Source of the DNA: a virus
Taxonomy: Duplodnaviria; Caudoviricetes
Direction: 5' to 3' (one strand)
IMG/VR virus record: IMGVR_UViG_3300025018_000196
Location: 1 to 50,472 of that record
Length of the DNA: 50,472 bases
The notes under the pieces are model-generated. The model was not told where the DNA came from. It did not search any database and worked only from the letters and a program-made list of their open reading frames with translations. Position numbers and translations under genes: made by a program. Shown here piece by piece: positions 1 to 8,550 of the stretch; the first letter of the stretch is position 1; the number at the start of each line of letters is the position of its first letter.

Positions 1-380
1 TAGAGCGGAAGATCGCGAAGAGTTTACACCAACGTGGTGTTAACCATGAATACGAAACTGAACGTATAGCCTACACAGTGCCCGCTGTTGTAAGGCATTA
101 TACTCCTGACTTCATCATCATAACTAAGACTGGAAAGAAAATATATGTTGAAGCAAAAGGCATATGGGACGCTAACGATAGGCGAAAGCACCTTCTCATT
201 CGAAATCAAAACCCCGCGCTTGATGTACGATTCGTCTTCTCGAATGCTTCTAATAAAATCTCAAGAGTATCTCGAGTCACGTATAGAGATATCTGTGAAG
301 GGCGAGGACGTGGGGAATATCGAGGAGTTTGTTGGAAATATTCTGATAAACGAATCCCAAAAGAATGGCTAGAGGAATGA
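1..380 (+). CDS. T7 gp3-like endonuclease I / Holliday junction resolvase, 5'-truncated allele A
   Basis: YTPDF...YVEAKG PD-(D/E)xK motif, IPKEWL C-terminus; homologous to the complete copy at 49627-50058. Confidence 0.85.
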   Translation, partial: ERKIAKSLHQRGVNHEYETERIAYTVPAVVRHYTPDFIIITKTGKKIYVEAKGIWDANDRRKHLLIRNQNPALDVRFVFSNASNKISRVSRVTYRDICEGRGRGEYRGVCWKYSDKRIPKEWLEE

Positions 381-382
381 CT

Positions 383-595
383 ATGAACATTGAAACTAAA
401 CTGATTGAACAAACGATTGCATTACTTGAACAGTTCGTGTTCGAAAGTAGCAGCGACCAGCTTGAAGCTGAAGCAGCAGACGTAATCACCCAACTTTATG
501 ACGCACTGGAGGCAATCAATGGCACGCAAACGAATGAGCCCACTTCGATGGAAGCTGACTCCGCTGAAGTATCTTCCGTTCCTGAGGAAGCCTGA
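383..595 (+). CDS. small acidic hypothetical protein (allele A)
   Basis: MNIETKLIEQ ORF after GAGGA; frame and stop conserved in copy at 50061-50273. Confidence 0.7.
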   Translation: MNIETKLIEQTIALLEQFVFESSSDQLEAEAADVITQLYDALEAINGTQTNEPTSMEADSAEVSSVPEEA

Positions 596-662
596 GCTTC
601 AATACTGGAGCGATAGCCAGAATAAATGGTGTGATACCCCGTACATAGTAGTGGACGAATAA
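519..662 (+). CDS. 47-aa hypothetical protein not in ORF track (MARKRMSPLRWKLTPLKYLPFLRKPELQYWSDSQNKW...)
   Basis: GGAGG RBS; protein conserved in diverged copy at 50197-50334. Confidence 0.7.
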   Translation: MARKRMSPLRWKLTPLKYLPFLRKPELQYWSDSQNKWCDTPYIVVDE

Positions 663-663
663 G

Positions 664-855
664 ATGTACAAACCACGCAATGCGTATGATGCAGAAGTAA
701 TACAGGACCTAGCTGAGAAACTCTTCTTTCTAATGAAGACATCAGATCCGCTGACTACCAATGTGTGGTTTGTATCTGAACTCAAGTTGATGGATGTGCA
801 GAGGACTGAGACTGCGTTAGGGAGTACATTAATCCAGTACTCGAAAAGATTATAG
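664..855 (+). CDS. hypothetical protein
   Basis: 63-aa ORF tightly packed in the plus-strand operon. Confidence 0.6.
   Translation: MYKPRNAYDAEVIQDLAEKLFFLMKTSDPLTTNVWFVSELKLMDVQRTETALGSTLIQYSKRL
671..797. repeat. exact 127-nt overlap with contig end (50346-50472), circularisation overlap
   Basis: direct base-by-base comparison; 127 is a common assembler k-mer size. Confidence 0.9.
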
Positions 856-879
856 ATCGAGAAGTCCCCAAGGAAGAGA

Positions 880-1356
880 TTGATGCCAATTAACTTCAAT
901 CAGTTCAAAGAGGAGGTAGTGTACCACACCCTGTGGTTACTGACACCTGATATCCCATACAGTGAGCACGTGGTAGACCTGTTGATGCTGACCTGTGCAG
1001 CTGAGTCAGACGGTGGCACCTACATCAGACAGATACAGGGCCCTGCTCTTGGCGTGTATCAGATAGAACCTAACACAGCTACTGATATACATGCGCATTG
1101 GCTAGAGAATAGGAAGGAACTCAAGCATAAGGCTGTACTCTTAGGGATGAATCATATCCCCATAACACAGCAGATTACTGGTAATCTGTACTTAGCCACT
1201 GCATTCGCTAGGTTCCACTACCGTCGTAGTCCTGATCCAATCGGCACTACCATTGAGGACCACGCTAAGATGTGGAAGAAAGTATACAATACAGAACAGG
1301 GCAAGGGTACCGTACAGCACGCAATAGAATCATACGAGAGGTGGAGAGATGAGTAA
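880..1356 (+). CDS. lysozyme-like muralytic enzyme, putative endolysin
   Basis: LMLTCAAES...YIRQIQGPALGVYQIEP...WKKVYNT..GKG pattern of a phage lysozyme/transglycosylase-like family. Confidence 0.7.
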   Translation: MMPINFNQFKEEVVYHTLWLLTPDIPYSEHVVDLLMLTCAAESDGGTYIRQIQGPALGVYQIEPNTATDIHAHWLENRKELKHKAVLLGMNHIPITQQITGNLYLATAFARFHYRRSPDPIGTTIEDHAKMWKKVYNTEQGKGTVQHAIESYERWRDE

Positions 1357-1534
1357 CGATGTTCAAAGATACCTTGAGCGACAGGATATGGTCGTGATAT
1401 CTGTTCGTGAACCCAGTTATCTACTCATGTTTACTAATGGGTCTGGGAGAACATATGAAGCGTGGATCAGAGCGGAGAACACGTCTGAAGCAAGCCTGGA
1501 ACTCAATAAGTTAGCGCAAGAATATGCATTCTAA
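1349..1534 (+). CDS. hypothetical protein
   Basis: 61-aa ORF with GGAG RBS, overlapping both neighbours. Confidence 0.55.
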   Translation: MSNDVQRYLERQDMVVISVREPSYLLMFTNGSGRTYEAWIRAENTSEASLELNKLAQEYAF

Positions 1535-2147
1535 AGATAAGGTAGTGCTATCTTTGTTCGATGCCAGCGCTGTGATGGTGCAGCCGTAGGCTGAGGCTGG
1601 GTACCATTGTGTAACGATGGACATAGAGAATGATTGGCTAGAGAACACACAGGTAGTAGGTTGGAATGGTGGTACAATCCATCGTGTACGTCACGACATA
1701 CGTGACTGGTTGCCTCCTAGGACAGAGTATAGGATAGTCTTTGCATTCCCCCCTTGCAATAACCTAGCCACATCAGGAGCTAGGTGGTTCAAGGACAAGG
1801 GACTCGCAGGACTTGCCTCAGCAATTGAGCTGGTCGAGAAGGCGAGGGACATATGTGAGTGGGCGGATGCACCTTGGATGATAGAGAATCCAATGAGCAC
1901 TCTCTCCACCTACTGGAGGAAGCCTGATTATACCTTCCACCCTTGGATGTACGGAGATAACTACACCAAGAAGACTTGTCTGTGGACAGGAGACGGGTTC
2001 AAGATGCCCCCTCCTGACACGCAGGACCCGCCTGATGATGTTGATGTAGACTACATACATAAGCAGCCTGACTCTAAGGGCAGACAGAAGAAGAGGTCAC
2101 TTACCCCGGCAGGATTTGCAAGAGCAGTGTACGAAGCTAACAAGTAA
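1524..2147 (+). pseudogene. phage Dcm-like C5-cytosine methyltransferase interrupted by in-frame TAG at 1587-1589
   Basis: MHSKDKVVLSLFDASAVMVQP*AEAGY continues in frame into FAFPPC, IENP, YTKKTCLW and RSLTPAGFA motifs. Confidence 0.75.
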
Positions 2148-2159
2148 ATTTCTCCCAAT

Positions 2160-2201
2160 AAAAAAACCCCGGTTGGATTGCTCCTTCCGGGGTTTTCTTT
2201 T
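2160..2201. terminator. bidirectional rho-independent terminator between the convergent genome arms
   Basis: A-run + AAAACCCCGG...CCGGGGTTTT + CTTTT, located between convergent stop codons. Confidence 0.9.
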
Positions 2202-2210
2202 GCCTATAGT

Positions 2211-2528
2211 TTACTGAACTATAGGGGGCACTCCATACTCTAGTCTGTACCACCTATCATCCACGTACACTCGTGTGTACACATGGCCAGACTCTGACTT
2301 CATCTCCCAAGGTATGCCCATTGTATCTGCCCAATCGCTTATCCTAGCTGAGTACTGGCTACAATCTCCTACAAGTATGCCTATCTTATTGTAGTGCCCG
2401 CTATCTGTCTCCATCCATATGAATCCATCAGAGGATAGTCTAGCTATCTCAACTACTTCATACGGCACACAGCTAGATAGTAAAGTAATGAGTACCGTTA
2501 TTATAAAGGCGGACAGAACCGTACGCAC
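2211..2528 (-). CDS. small lipoprotein with transglutaminase-like Cys/His/acid motif
   Basis: hydrophobic leader ending LLSSC (lipobox); GDC...GIP...GHVY..V.VD..W..LE. Confidence 0.55.
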   Translation of the reverse strand: MRTVLSAFIITVLITLLSSCVPYEVVEIARLSSDGFIWMETDSGHYNKIGILVGDCSQYSARISDWADTMGIPWEMKSESGHVYTRVYVDDRWYRLEYGVPPIVQ

Positions 2529-4047
2529 TAGAGATTACCTTGTTGTTAGCTCCATCTATCTTGACAGTAGCTGTGCCTAATAGGTTAAATGTAGCTGTAG
2601 AACCAGCGAATGTAAAGCTGCCAGGTAAGGCAACTATGTCTAACCCTAGCCCTATGGCCCCTGTAGAGCCTTGTAAGGCGAAGTTAGCAGGTACCGCTAC
2701 TACCCCTAGGCCTAGATTAACACTAGCTGTACTGCCTGCTAACGTCCACGTAGCGGGTATGGCGGTAATGGTGACTAAATCAGCTATAGTTACAACAGCT
2801 GCCTGAGCGCTGAACGTAAACGAATCAGGTACGGCAACTATGCCTAAGCCTAGTCCTATTGTAGCCGATTGAGGAGAGAAGGTGAAACTGGCAGGTGTGG
2901 CTGTTATGCCTATGCCTAAAGCTATAGCAGCCTGCTGGGCAGAGAAGGTGAACGATGCAGGACTAGCTACTATATCTAGACCTAAGCCTACCGTTGCTGA
3001 CTGTGCAGAAAAGGTGAAGGACTTAGGTATGGCTGTTATAGACAGGCCACTAGATACGAACTCAAATGCACCAATAGTTGGAGCTGAGCTACTACGCGAT
3101 ACACCAAGAATATCAGTAGTTGGGACATTAGAATCAGTGCCGCTGCCAACGCCCGTTGAGATAAGACCGCTACCGGTAATCGGAGTTACGTCAGCCGACT
3201 GTAACGTGCCGTTTTCCGGATCAGTCATGTCATCTGTGACAGTAGTGGTGAGTGCTACTCCATTTGTCTCGGAATTTGTAGCCTCATCGATAGCGTTGTA
3301 GTCGTGGTTCCATGCCGAAAGGGATGGCGCGGTATCAATATTCGTTGTATTGTTGTATAGTACGTTGTTGTAGAAATCATAAGTAAGATCTGCGTCGTCC
3401 TTAGCGTAGCTAATCGCTACGCCACAGCCGAAAATCGTATTGTTGTACGCCCGCTGCGTTTTAACGACCGTGCCTGAACCGCCAAACAATATGCCCGCTG
3501 TACCACAATCGAAGATGATGTTGTTGTAGGCGGTGAACTCTGTACGGAATGTGCCGATGTTACCAACGATACCGCGGCCGCTCGCTGTGGGGGCGGTAAG
3601 ACGACAATTCTTAATAACCACTCCCCCATCCGCCACCTCAACACCGTGTATGCCGCCTGCACGCGTCGTACGTAACTGAAGACCATCTAGGGTGACGTTT
3701 GCTTCATTGATGCTGATTCCCGCGAAACTCGTACTGGTATCAACCCGCCAGTGACTAGTAGACCACGCTAAATCACCGTCGTAAAAGCCATCATTATCCG
3801 TGGCTGCATCGTCAGCCATGACGGTAAGGGCGCCATTAATAGTCCAACCGGAGATCACAGTACCCGCTGTCTCAGCTGTCGAGCCTGCACACTTGATGAT
3901 AATCTCATCACCAACGTTAATGGTACTCTGTAACGCTGCCTCAGCAGCTACAAGAGTAGCGAACGCAGCTGTACTGCCGGAGTGATTCCTAGTAGTACCG
4001 TCACCGCCTGAACTAGCTGTGTCTACATAGTAAGTTGTTGTTGTCAC
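2473..4047 (-). CDS. fibre / receptor-binding protein: beta-helix domain plus seven ~22-aa repeats
   Basis: YNNIIF/YNNTIF/YNNVLY beta-helix repeats, PTIGAFEF, then repeated LGLxIxAxPxSFTFSAQxAxI. Confidence 0.7.
   Translation of the reverse strand: MTTTTYYVDTASSGGDGTTRNHSGSTAAFATLVAAEAALQSTINVGDEIIIKCAGSTAETAGTVISGWTINGALTVMADDAATDNDGFYDGDLAWSTSHWRVDTSTSFAGISINEANVTLDGLQLRTTRAGGIHGVEVADGGVVIKNCRLTAPTASGRGIVGNIGTFRTEFTAYNNIIFDCGTAGILFGGSGTVVKTQRAYNNTIFGCGVAISYAKDDADLTYDFYNNVLYNNTTNIDTAPSLSAWNHDYNAIDEATNSETNGVALTTTVTDDMTDPENGTLQSADVTPITGSGLISTGVGSGTDSNVPTTDILGVSRSSSAPTIGAFEFVSSGLSITAIPKSFTFSAQSATVGLGLDIVASPASFTFSAQQAAIALGIGITATPASFTFSPQSATIGLGLGIVAVPDSFTFSAQAAVVTIADLVTITAIPATWTLAGSTASVNLGLGVVAVPANFALQGSTGAIGLGLDIVALPGSFTFAGSTATFNLLGTATVKIDGANNKVISSAYGSVRLYNNGTHYFTI
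2585..3045 (-). repeat. seven degenerate ~66-nt coding repeats
   Basis: 22-aa periodicity in the translation. Confidence 0.8.
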
Positions 4048-4454
4048 AGCAAATCTTTCTCAGCTACATCAGCTAGAACAGACCTATCCGATGCATGATC
4101 TCTCCGACCCAATGCTCGTACGAACACAGACCACTGTGAATCTAAACTCTTATTCCCCCTTCCTTCAGCTATTCTAGAAGGCTGTACCCTAGTTGGATTA
4201 AGAGTCAGCTTTCTCCTAGCCATAGGATTTCCATGTGAATCTTCCGAGGATTGGAGAAGCTTTTCTTTTAGTTGAGCCAAGGAGAGAGGGCAGTTTCTAA
4301 GATGCAGATTAACAAATCTAGGATGAGACGCAGCTGTGCCCGTATACGGCATAACATCTACGAATTCACCCTCCCTCCATCTGCCAGCCTCCTTCTCAGG
4401 AGGCAGCTCATGATCAGGGGTTACAGCCATAACAATTATGGTGTAATCTGCCAT
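4044..4454 (-). CDS. hypothetical protein
   Basis: 136-aa ORF, translationally coupled in the late operon. Confidence 0.7.
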   Translation of the reverse strand: MADYTIIVMAVTPDHELPPEKEAGRWREGEFVDVMPYTGTAASHPRFVNLHLRNCPLSLAQLKEKLLQSSEDSHGNPMARRKLTLNPTRVQPSRIAEGRGNKSLDSQWSVFVRALGRRDHASDRSVLADVAEKDLL

Positions 4455-4455
4455 C

Positions 4456-4917
4456 TTAGTAGGTCAGGATGCCCGAAGAGAATGCAATGGTAGCACCATT
4501 GGTAAGGTCTACAGCTGTGGTACCATCGGCAGTGAGATCCATGAATCCGATTGCCCGCTTGTTAGTGTCTGTATCATTGTAGATGATGGCTGTCTTAGCT
4601 GTGATAGGGTTAGAAGCATTGACTGCCACCGACACATCATCACAGTTGAAGGTCACAGTGCCAGAAGTCTCGGACCACGTAATAGTGGACAGACTCTTGC
4701 CGCCTGCAGAAATGTCACCACCTGTAACTTGAGTGGATGATAGGTCAGTAGTGCCTGTGCCACCAAAGTGGGGCGCTGGATCGCTTGCAGCCAAGGACCC
4801 TACGGCCGTGCTAGTGAATGCCAGTTTAATAGTGTTCGGCGTACCGATGAAGTCGTGGATCGAATCGCCGAGATCTTCCTTAAACTGGTTGAAGATAGTA
4901 ATTGTACCTTGCGCCAT
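4456..4917 (-). CDS. virion structural protein (fibre-associated, Gly/Thr-rich)
   Basis: 153 aa; NTIKLAF, AIIYNDT, IAFSSGIL motifs typical of small phage structural proteins found beside repeat fibres. Confidence 0.6.
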   Translation of the reverse strand: MAQGTITIFNQFKEDLGDSIHDFIGTPNTIKLAFTSTAVGSLAASDPAPHFGGTGTTDLSSTQVTGGDISAGGKSLSTITWSETSGTVTFNCDDVSVAVNASNPITAKTAIIYNDTDTNKRAIGFMDLTADGTTAVDLTNGATIAFSSGILTY

Positions 4918-4919
4918 AT

Positions 4920-5474
4920 TTAACTCGCTAGTGTAGTGATTGTAATGTTGTTAGAGTCGGCGTTACCAGACTCATCGTTGATGTAGATCAGAGTGTGTTG
5001 GTCTACATATTGTGGAATACGTACAGTTACAGGACTAGAGGTGTCAGTAACACGTATGATATTAATGCCCGGCAGTAGCCAGCTAGGTTTAATCTTAAAG
5101 TCGAATCCTTCAACAGTGATCTGCCTAACTGGCTTTAAGACGGATCCTCCAATTGCGTTGGAAGTCCCATCCCTGCCCGGCTCTCCTTTAAGATCAACAG
5201 GATCTGCCCATTGATCAGGAGCTATTTCAAAAGAAAGGCTGGTCCCCTCCCACTTATGGCGGGGGAGCGCACCTATGGGACCGGACAGGCCTTGTGGGCC
5301 TAGGGGACCAGCCGGCCCTTGCTTACCCTCAGGACCCTGCGGACCTGTTGGACCTACAGGACCTATGTCTCCCTTAGGACCTGCCGGACCTGGGATACCT
5401 TGGGGACCTATAGGACCAGGAGGACCTGGTATCCTAGGTAATGGACCTACTTTTTTTAAGTTACCTTGTATCAT
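4920..5474 (-). CDS. collagen-like fibre protein
   Basis: about 18 consecutive Gly-X-Y triplets; C-terminal [13 protein letters not shown]...[13 protein letters not shown] fibre-domain fragment. Confidence 0.85.
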   Translation of the reverse strand: MIQGNLKKVGPLPRIPGPPGPIGPQGIPGPAGPKGDIGPVGPTGPQGPEGKQGPAGPLGPQGLSGPIGALPRHKWEGTSLSFEIAPDQWADPVDLKGEPGRDGTSNAIGGSVLKPVRQITVEGFDFKIKPSWLLPGINIIRVTDTSSPVTVRIPQYVDQHTLIYINDESGNADSNNITITTLAS

Positions 5475-6367
5475 TTGATCGCAGAAGTTATTTGTTCAGG
5501 AGAGAATACTACTACTTCTCCGTTTGGAAAGATCGCAGAAGTGGCTCCATCTCTCGCTAATGTTTTCAAAATCTTGGCTTGATATTCTAAGGATTTTACC
5601 ATAAGGTCGGGGTATAAATCACTAAGTATTACGGGCCTATCCCCTAGATCTAACTTTACTGGGCGAGTGTTAGAGCCTTCTAAAAATCTACCTCTCCCAT
5701 TATCTAGAACATACTCCCCGCCCGAAGGATCTGGACTGAAGAAAATACCTCCAGCACTTTCTCCATCTCCGTAATCAAAGGTAGGTGAATCTTTTATTTC
5801 AAAATTTTCAAAATCTGCTGTAGTTGAGTGATAAAATATTTTATCTTTTGACGAGATCTTTTCATCGCCCTCTAAGAAAAAAATATTTCCAGACTCATCC
5901 CTGCCATAGACGGCCTCAACTGACGAAGACTGGGAAGTGTCCGGTTTTCCTAACGCCCCTATCTCAGATCTTTGCTGAAGCTGTTGGGTCGGGATGTTAG
6001 GATCCACCGATGCAGGACCGGTTGCTACCTCACGTGCACTAGCACTAACCTGAGCAGATATCTCTTCTTGGGTGGGGGCAGTGGAACGAATCTTACCATT
6101 CTCTACAATGAAGGTCTTACCTGCATCATCACGGTAGACTCCATCTTCTAATGGCGTCAGACTAGGAGCTTCCTCTGCAGGTACAGCAGCCTTCTCTTCC
6201 ATCTTAGCCTTCTCTCGTATCTTAATCTGCTCTCTTTGAGCTATCTTATCAGCTAAGATACGATCAGCTTCGTCTAAAGATTGTTCAGACACACCGCCAA
6301 CAAGCTTGCTCCTTGCCTCGGTGATGGCCTCTATACCCTTAGCTGCTTGTCTAGTTCCGAATGGCAT
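5471..6367 (-). CDS. putative ejection protein with C-terminal ADP-ribosyltransferase-like (ART-PolyVal type) domain
   Basis: [33 protein letters not shown]; follows the internal virion genes. Confidence 0.65.
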   Translation of the reverse strand: MPFGTRQAAKGIEAITEARSKLVGGVSEQSLDEADRILADKIAQREQIKIREKAKMEEKAAVPAEEAPSLTPLEDGVYRDDAGKTFIVENGKIRSTAPTQEEISAQVSASAREVATGPASVDPNIPTQQLQQRSEIGALGKPDTSQSSSVEAVYGRDESGNIFFLEGDEKISSKDKIFYHSTTADFENFEIKDSPTFDYGDGESAGGIFFSPDPSGGEYVLDNGRGRFLEGSNTRPVKLDLGDRPVILSDLYPDLMVKSLEYQAKILKTLARDGATSAIFPNGEVVVFSPEQITSAIK

Positions 6368-6369
6368 TA

Positions 6370-8550
6370 TTAATCGCCCCCAAGCACATCTTCTATATCT
6401 TTATCATTCCAGTCAGGGTGTGCAGCCCGAAGTTCTTCTCTCATATTCTGCCTAACTGCCTCAGCTCTAGCTGTAGCTGCTGCTTGACGCTGCTCTTTAG
6501 TAGCAGGGGTAGGCTTGAACCCTCCAGCTGCCATCATATTAAGCCCTGCACCTTGGTAGTCCGTGCTACCTTCTACGATGTGCGCGAAACCCCGAACAAG
6601 GTGGCCATACGTTTTACTATACGCCATTGTAAGATCCCTACCTGCTTGGATAGCAACTGCTCTGTCAGCATATTCAGCAATAGGCTTAAACGAAATGTTT
6701 CCATTCTCATCTACATCAGTCTCCAAGAACTCTGCAGCCGAGATGTTGTTACTATCTGCCCTAAGACGTTCAGCTGTACCCGGTAATCCGCTGGTAATGT
6801 TGATACCAAACAAGCTGCCAAGTATCTTAGGGTTAGCATCTACTACCCTATAATCAGATGTACGAGCTGCCCCTACATTCCTAACCATAATGATGTTAGA
6901 TGAATCTTCCTGAAGATTCCTGAGTAAGTGTTCGTAGTTACGCTGCATCCCTCCAACTAGATTATCTGCTGCCTTGCGATCAATGACTGCAATGGCGCCA
7001 ATAACTTGGTTAGCCACATTAGGATTACCAAAGAACCTGGCAATCTCATTGTAATACTCAGGGGTTAGATCTTCTTGGTCTTCAGAGTTCACAGCTTTCA
7101 TGATCTTAATTGTAAGATCGGAGAGATTAGATACTGGTTGCCCGTTAAAAGAAGTGGTGGATCCCGATATGCCCTCTAATCCTTCAGTGGGTATGACGGA
7201 CAGCATATCATTCAAGTTAGCTAAAGAAGTTGAAGCGATCTTCTCCGCTTTTTCAGGCGTATAACCCATCTCAATAGCAGTATCCTTGAAGCTCTTACCT
7301 TTCTGTACTTCAACGAAGCCAGGTGACATAGCTCGGATAAGAAATTCTTCTACGTCTAACTTAATACCTTCATTAGCAAGTCTGCTTTCAATTCGAGCAG
7401 ACATAAGGGGATCCATACCCTTAGTAATCTTGATCCAATTGATAGCTCTTGGGGCACCTGGAATCTTAAGGAGCTCGCTCATGTCTCTGCGTGTTAGAAT
7501 ATCATTCGAATACTGAATCATATTCGATTGAGCTTCTAACATAGCAGCTTGATCCTTAAGATCACTTCCTAATGCAGTAGCATCCATCCTGGATGTCAAC
7601 AATTCCATGTACGGATTCAGAGCTGCTTGTACAGTGGCTACGTCTATACCATTCTTGGCTGCCAAGTTAGTAGCAATACTGACTTGAGCGTTGGCCATAT
7701 CATTTCGGAAAGCGGTAATATCAAGTGGGGTTCCGTTAGCTTGGGCATCCGCCAAAGCTCTGTCTATAACACTCGCCATCTTCTGCGTTGCTAGGTTTAA
7801 CTGAATACCACTCGTCTCACGCCACAAATAGAGAGCTTGTTCTTCCCTAAACTTAGCACCTAAGCTAGCATCTTGTGTCTCTCTAGTAAATTCCTGCTGA
7901 CCTATCTCATTACCTAAGGTTATCGTTTTAAGATAAGCCTGTTGAGACATTATGCTTCTAGCCCGGAGCCTATCCGTAAGAGGATCGCCTGTGTTGATGT
8001 CAAATTCTTGGATAACCTTGAGTTCAGCATCACGTTGAGCTTCAGCAATCTTAGTTTCAGTTTGTTCGGTCAGAAGATTTAAAGCATTCGTGGTTTTCCC
8101 ATCTGCTTCCTTGTACTGAGCGTACAATTCTCTAGCAAAGAAAGGATTACGTGCGATAGCCTGTCGCATTAGGATATTTCTACGGAGATCGTTCAGATTA
8201 GACAGAGTACCCTGCCTTTCAGCCGCATCTAAGCGACCTACTTCAACAGCGGCATCCCTCTTAACAAAGAATCCCATCTCTGTTAATGTAGGCTCTCCGA
8301 ATTCTTCCTTCAGTACATCAAATGCAGACTGGTTAGTGCCGATCGGTTGATTTTCAGCGATGGATATACCCGCAGCTTCCGCTTTAGCGGCCTCCATGTT
8401 TGCTTCGGCACGGTTTCTACCGGATACGGCTCGCCCGTACGTTTCCCCGAGATTATCAAGGCCTCTTACAGTGGCTGTTTCATCCACCAGATTGGGGGTA
8501 GAGACGTTTGGGGCCCCTACATCAGGCTTTTGTGTTACTAAACTAACCAT
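6370..8550 (-). CDS. internal virion / ejection protein
   Basis: 726 aa, helical Ala-rich, located after the nozzle genes. Confidence 0.65.
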   Translation of the reverse strand: MVSLVTQKPDVGAPNVSTPNLVDETATVRGLDNLGETYGRAVSGRNRAEANMEAAKAEAAGISIAENQPIGTNQSAFDVLKEEFGEPTLTEMGFFVKRDAAVEVGRLDAAERQGTLSNLNDLRRNILMRQAIARNPFFARELYAQYKEADGKTTNALNLLTEQTETKIAEAQRDAELKVIQEFDINTGDPLTDRLRARSIMSQQAYLKTITLGNEIGQQEFTRETQDASLGAKFREEQALYLWRETSGIQLNLATQKMASVIDRALADAQANGTPLDITAFRNDMANAQVSIATNLAAKNGIDVATVQAALNPYMELLTSRMDATALGSDLKDQAAMLEAQSNMIQYSNDILTRRDMSELLKIPGAPRAINWIKITKGMDPLMSARIESRLANEGIKLDVEEFLIRAMSPGFVEVQKGKSFKDTAIEMGYTPEKAEKIASTSLANLNDMLSVIPTEGLEGISGSTTSFNGQPVSNLSDLTIKIMKAVNSEDQEDLTPEYYNEIARFFGNPNVANQVIGAIAVIDRKAADNLVGGMQRNYEHLLRNLQEDSSNIIMVRNVGAARTSDYRVVDANPKILGSLFGINITSGLPGTAERLRADSNNISAAEFLETDVDENGNISFKPIAEYADRAVAIQAGRDLTMAYSKTYGHLVRGFAHIVEGSTDYQGAGLNMMAAGGFKPTPATKEQRQAAATARAEAVRQNMREELRAAHPDWNDKDIEDVLGGD

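Noticed and set aside
69-670. Diverged repeat pair as a diversity-generating retroelement TR/VR
   Set aside because: Differences are not adenine-specific, are mostly synonymous, and no reverse transcriptase is encoded
671-797. 127-nt end repeat as the biological direct terminal repeat
   Set aside because: It lies inside a gene in mid-operon and equals a typical assembly k-mer; real termini are more likely near 29100-29600
1587-1589. Genome-wide TAG reassignment
   Set aside because: Long genes are intact in the standard code and several end in TAG (e.g. 2473, 18057, 33551); only one convincing in-frame TAG was seen
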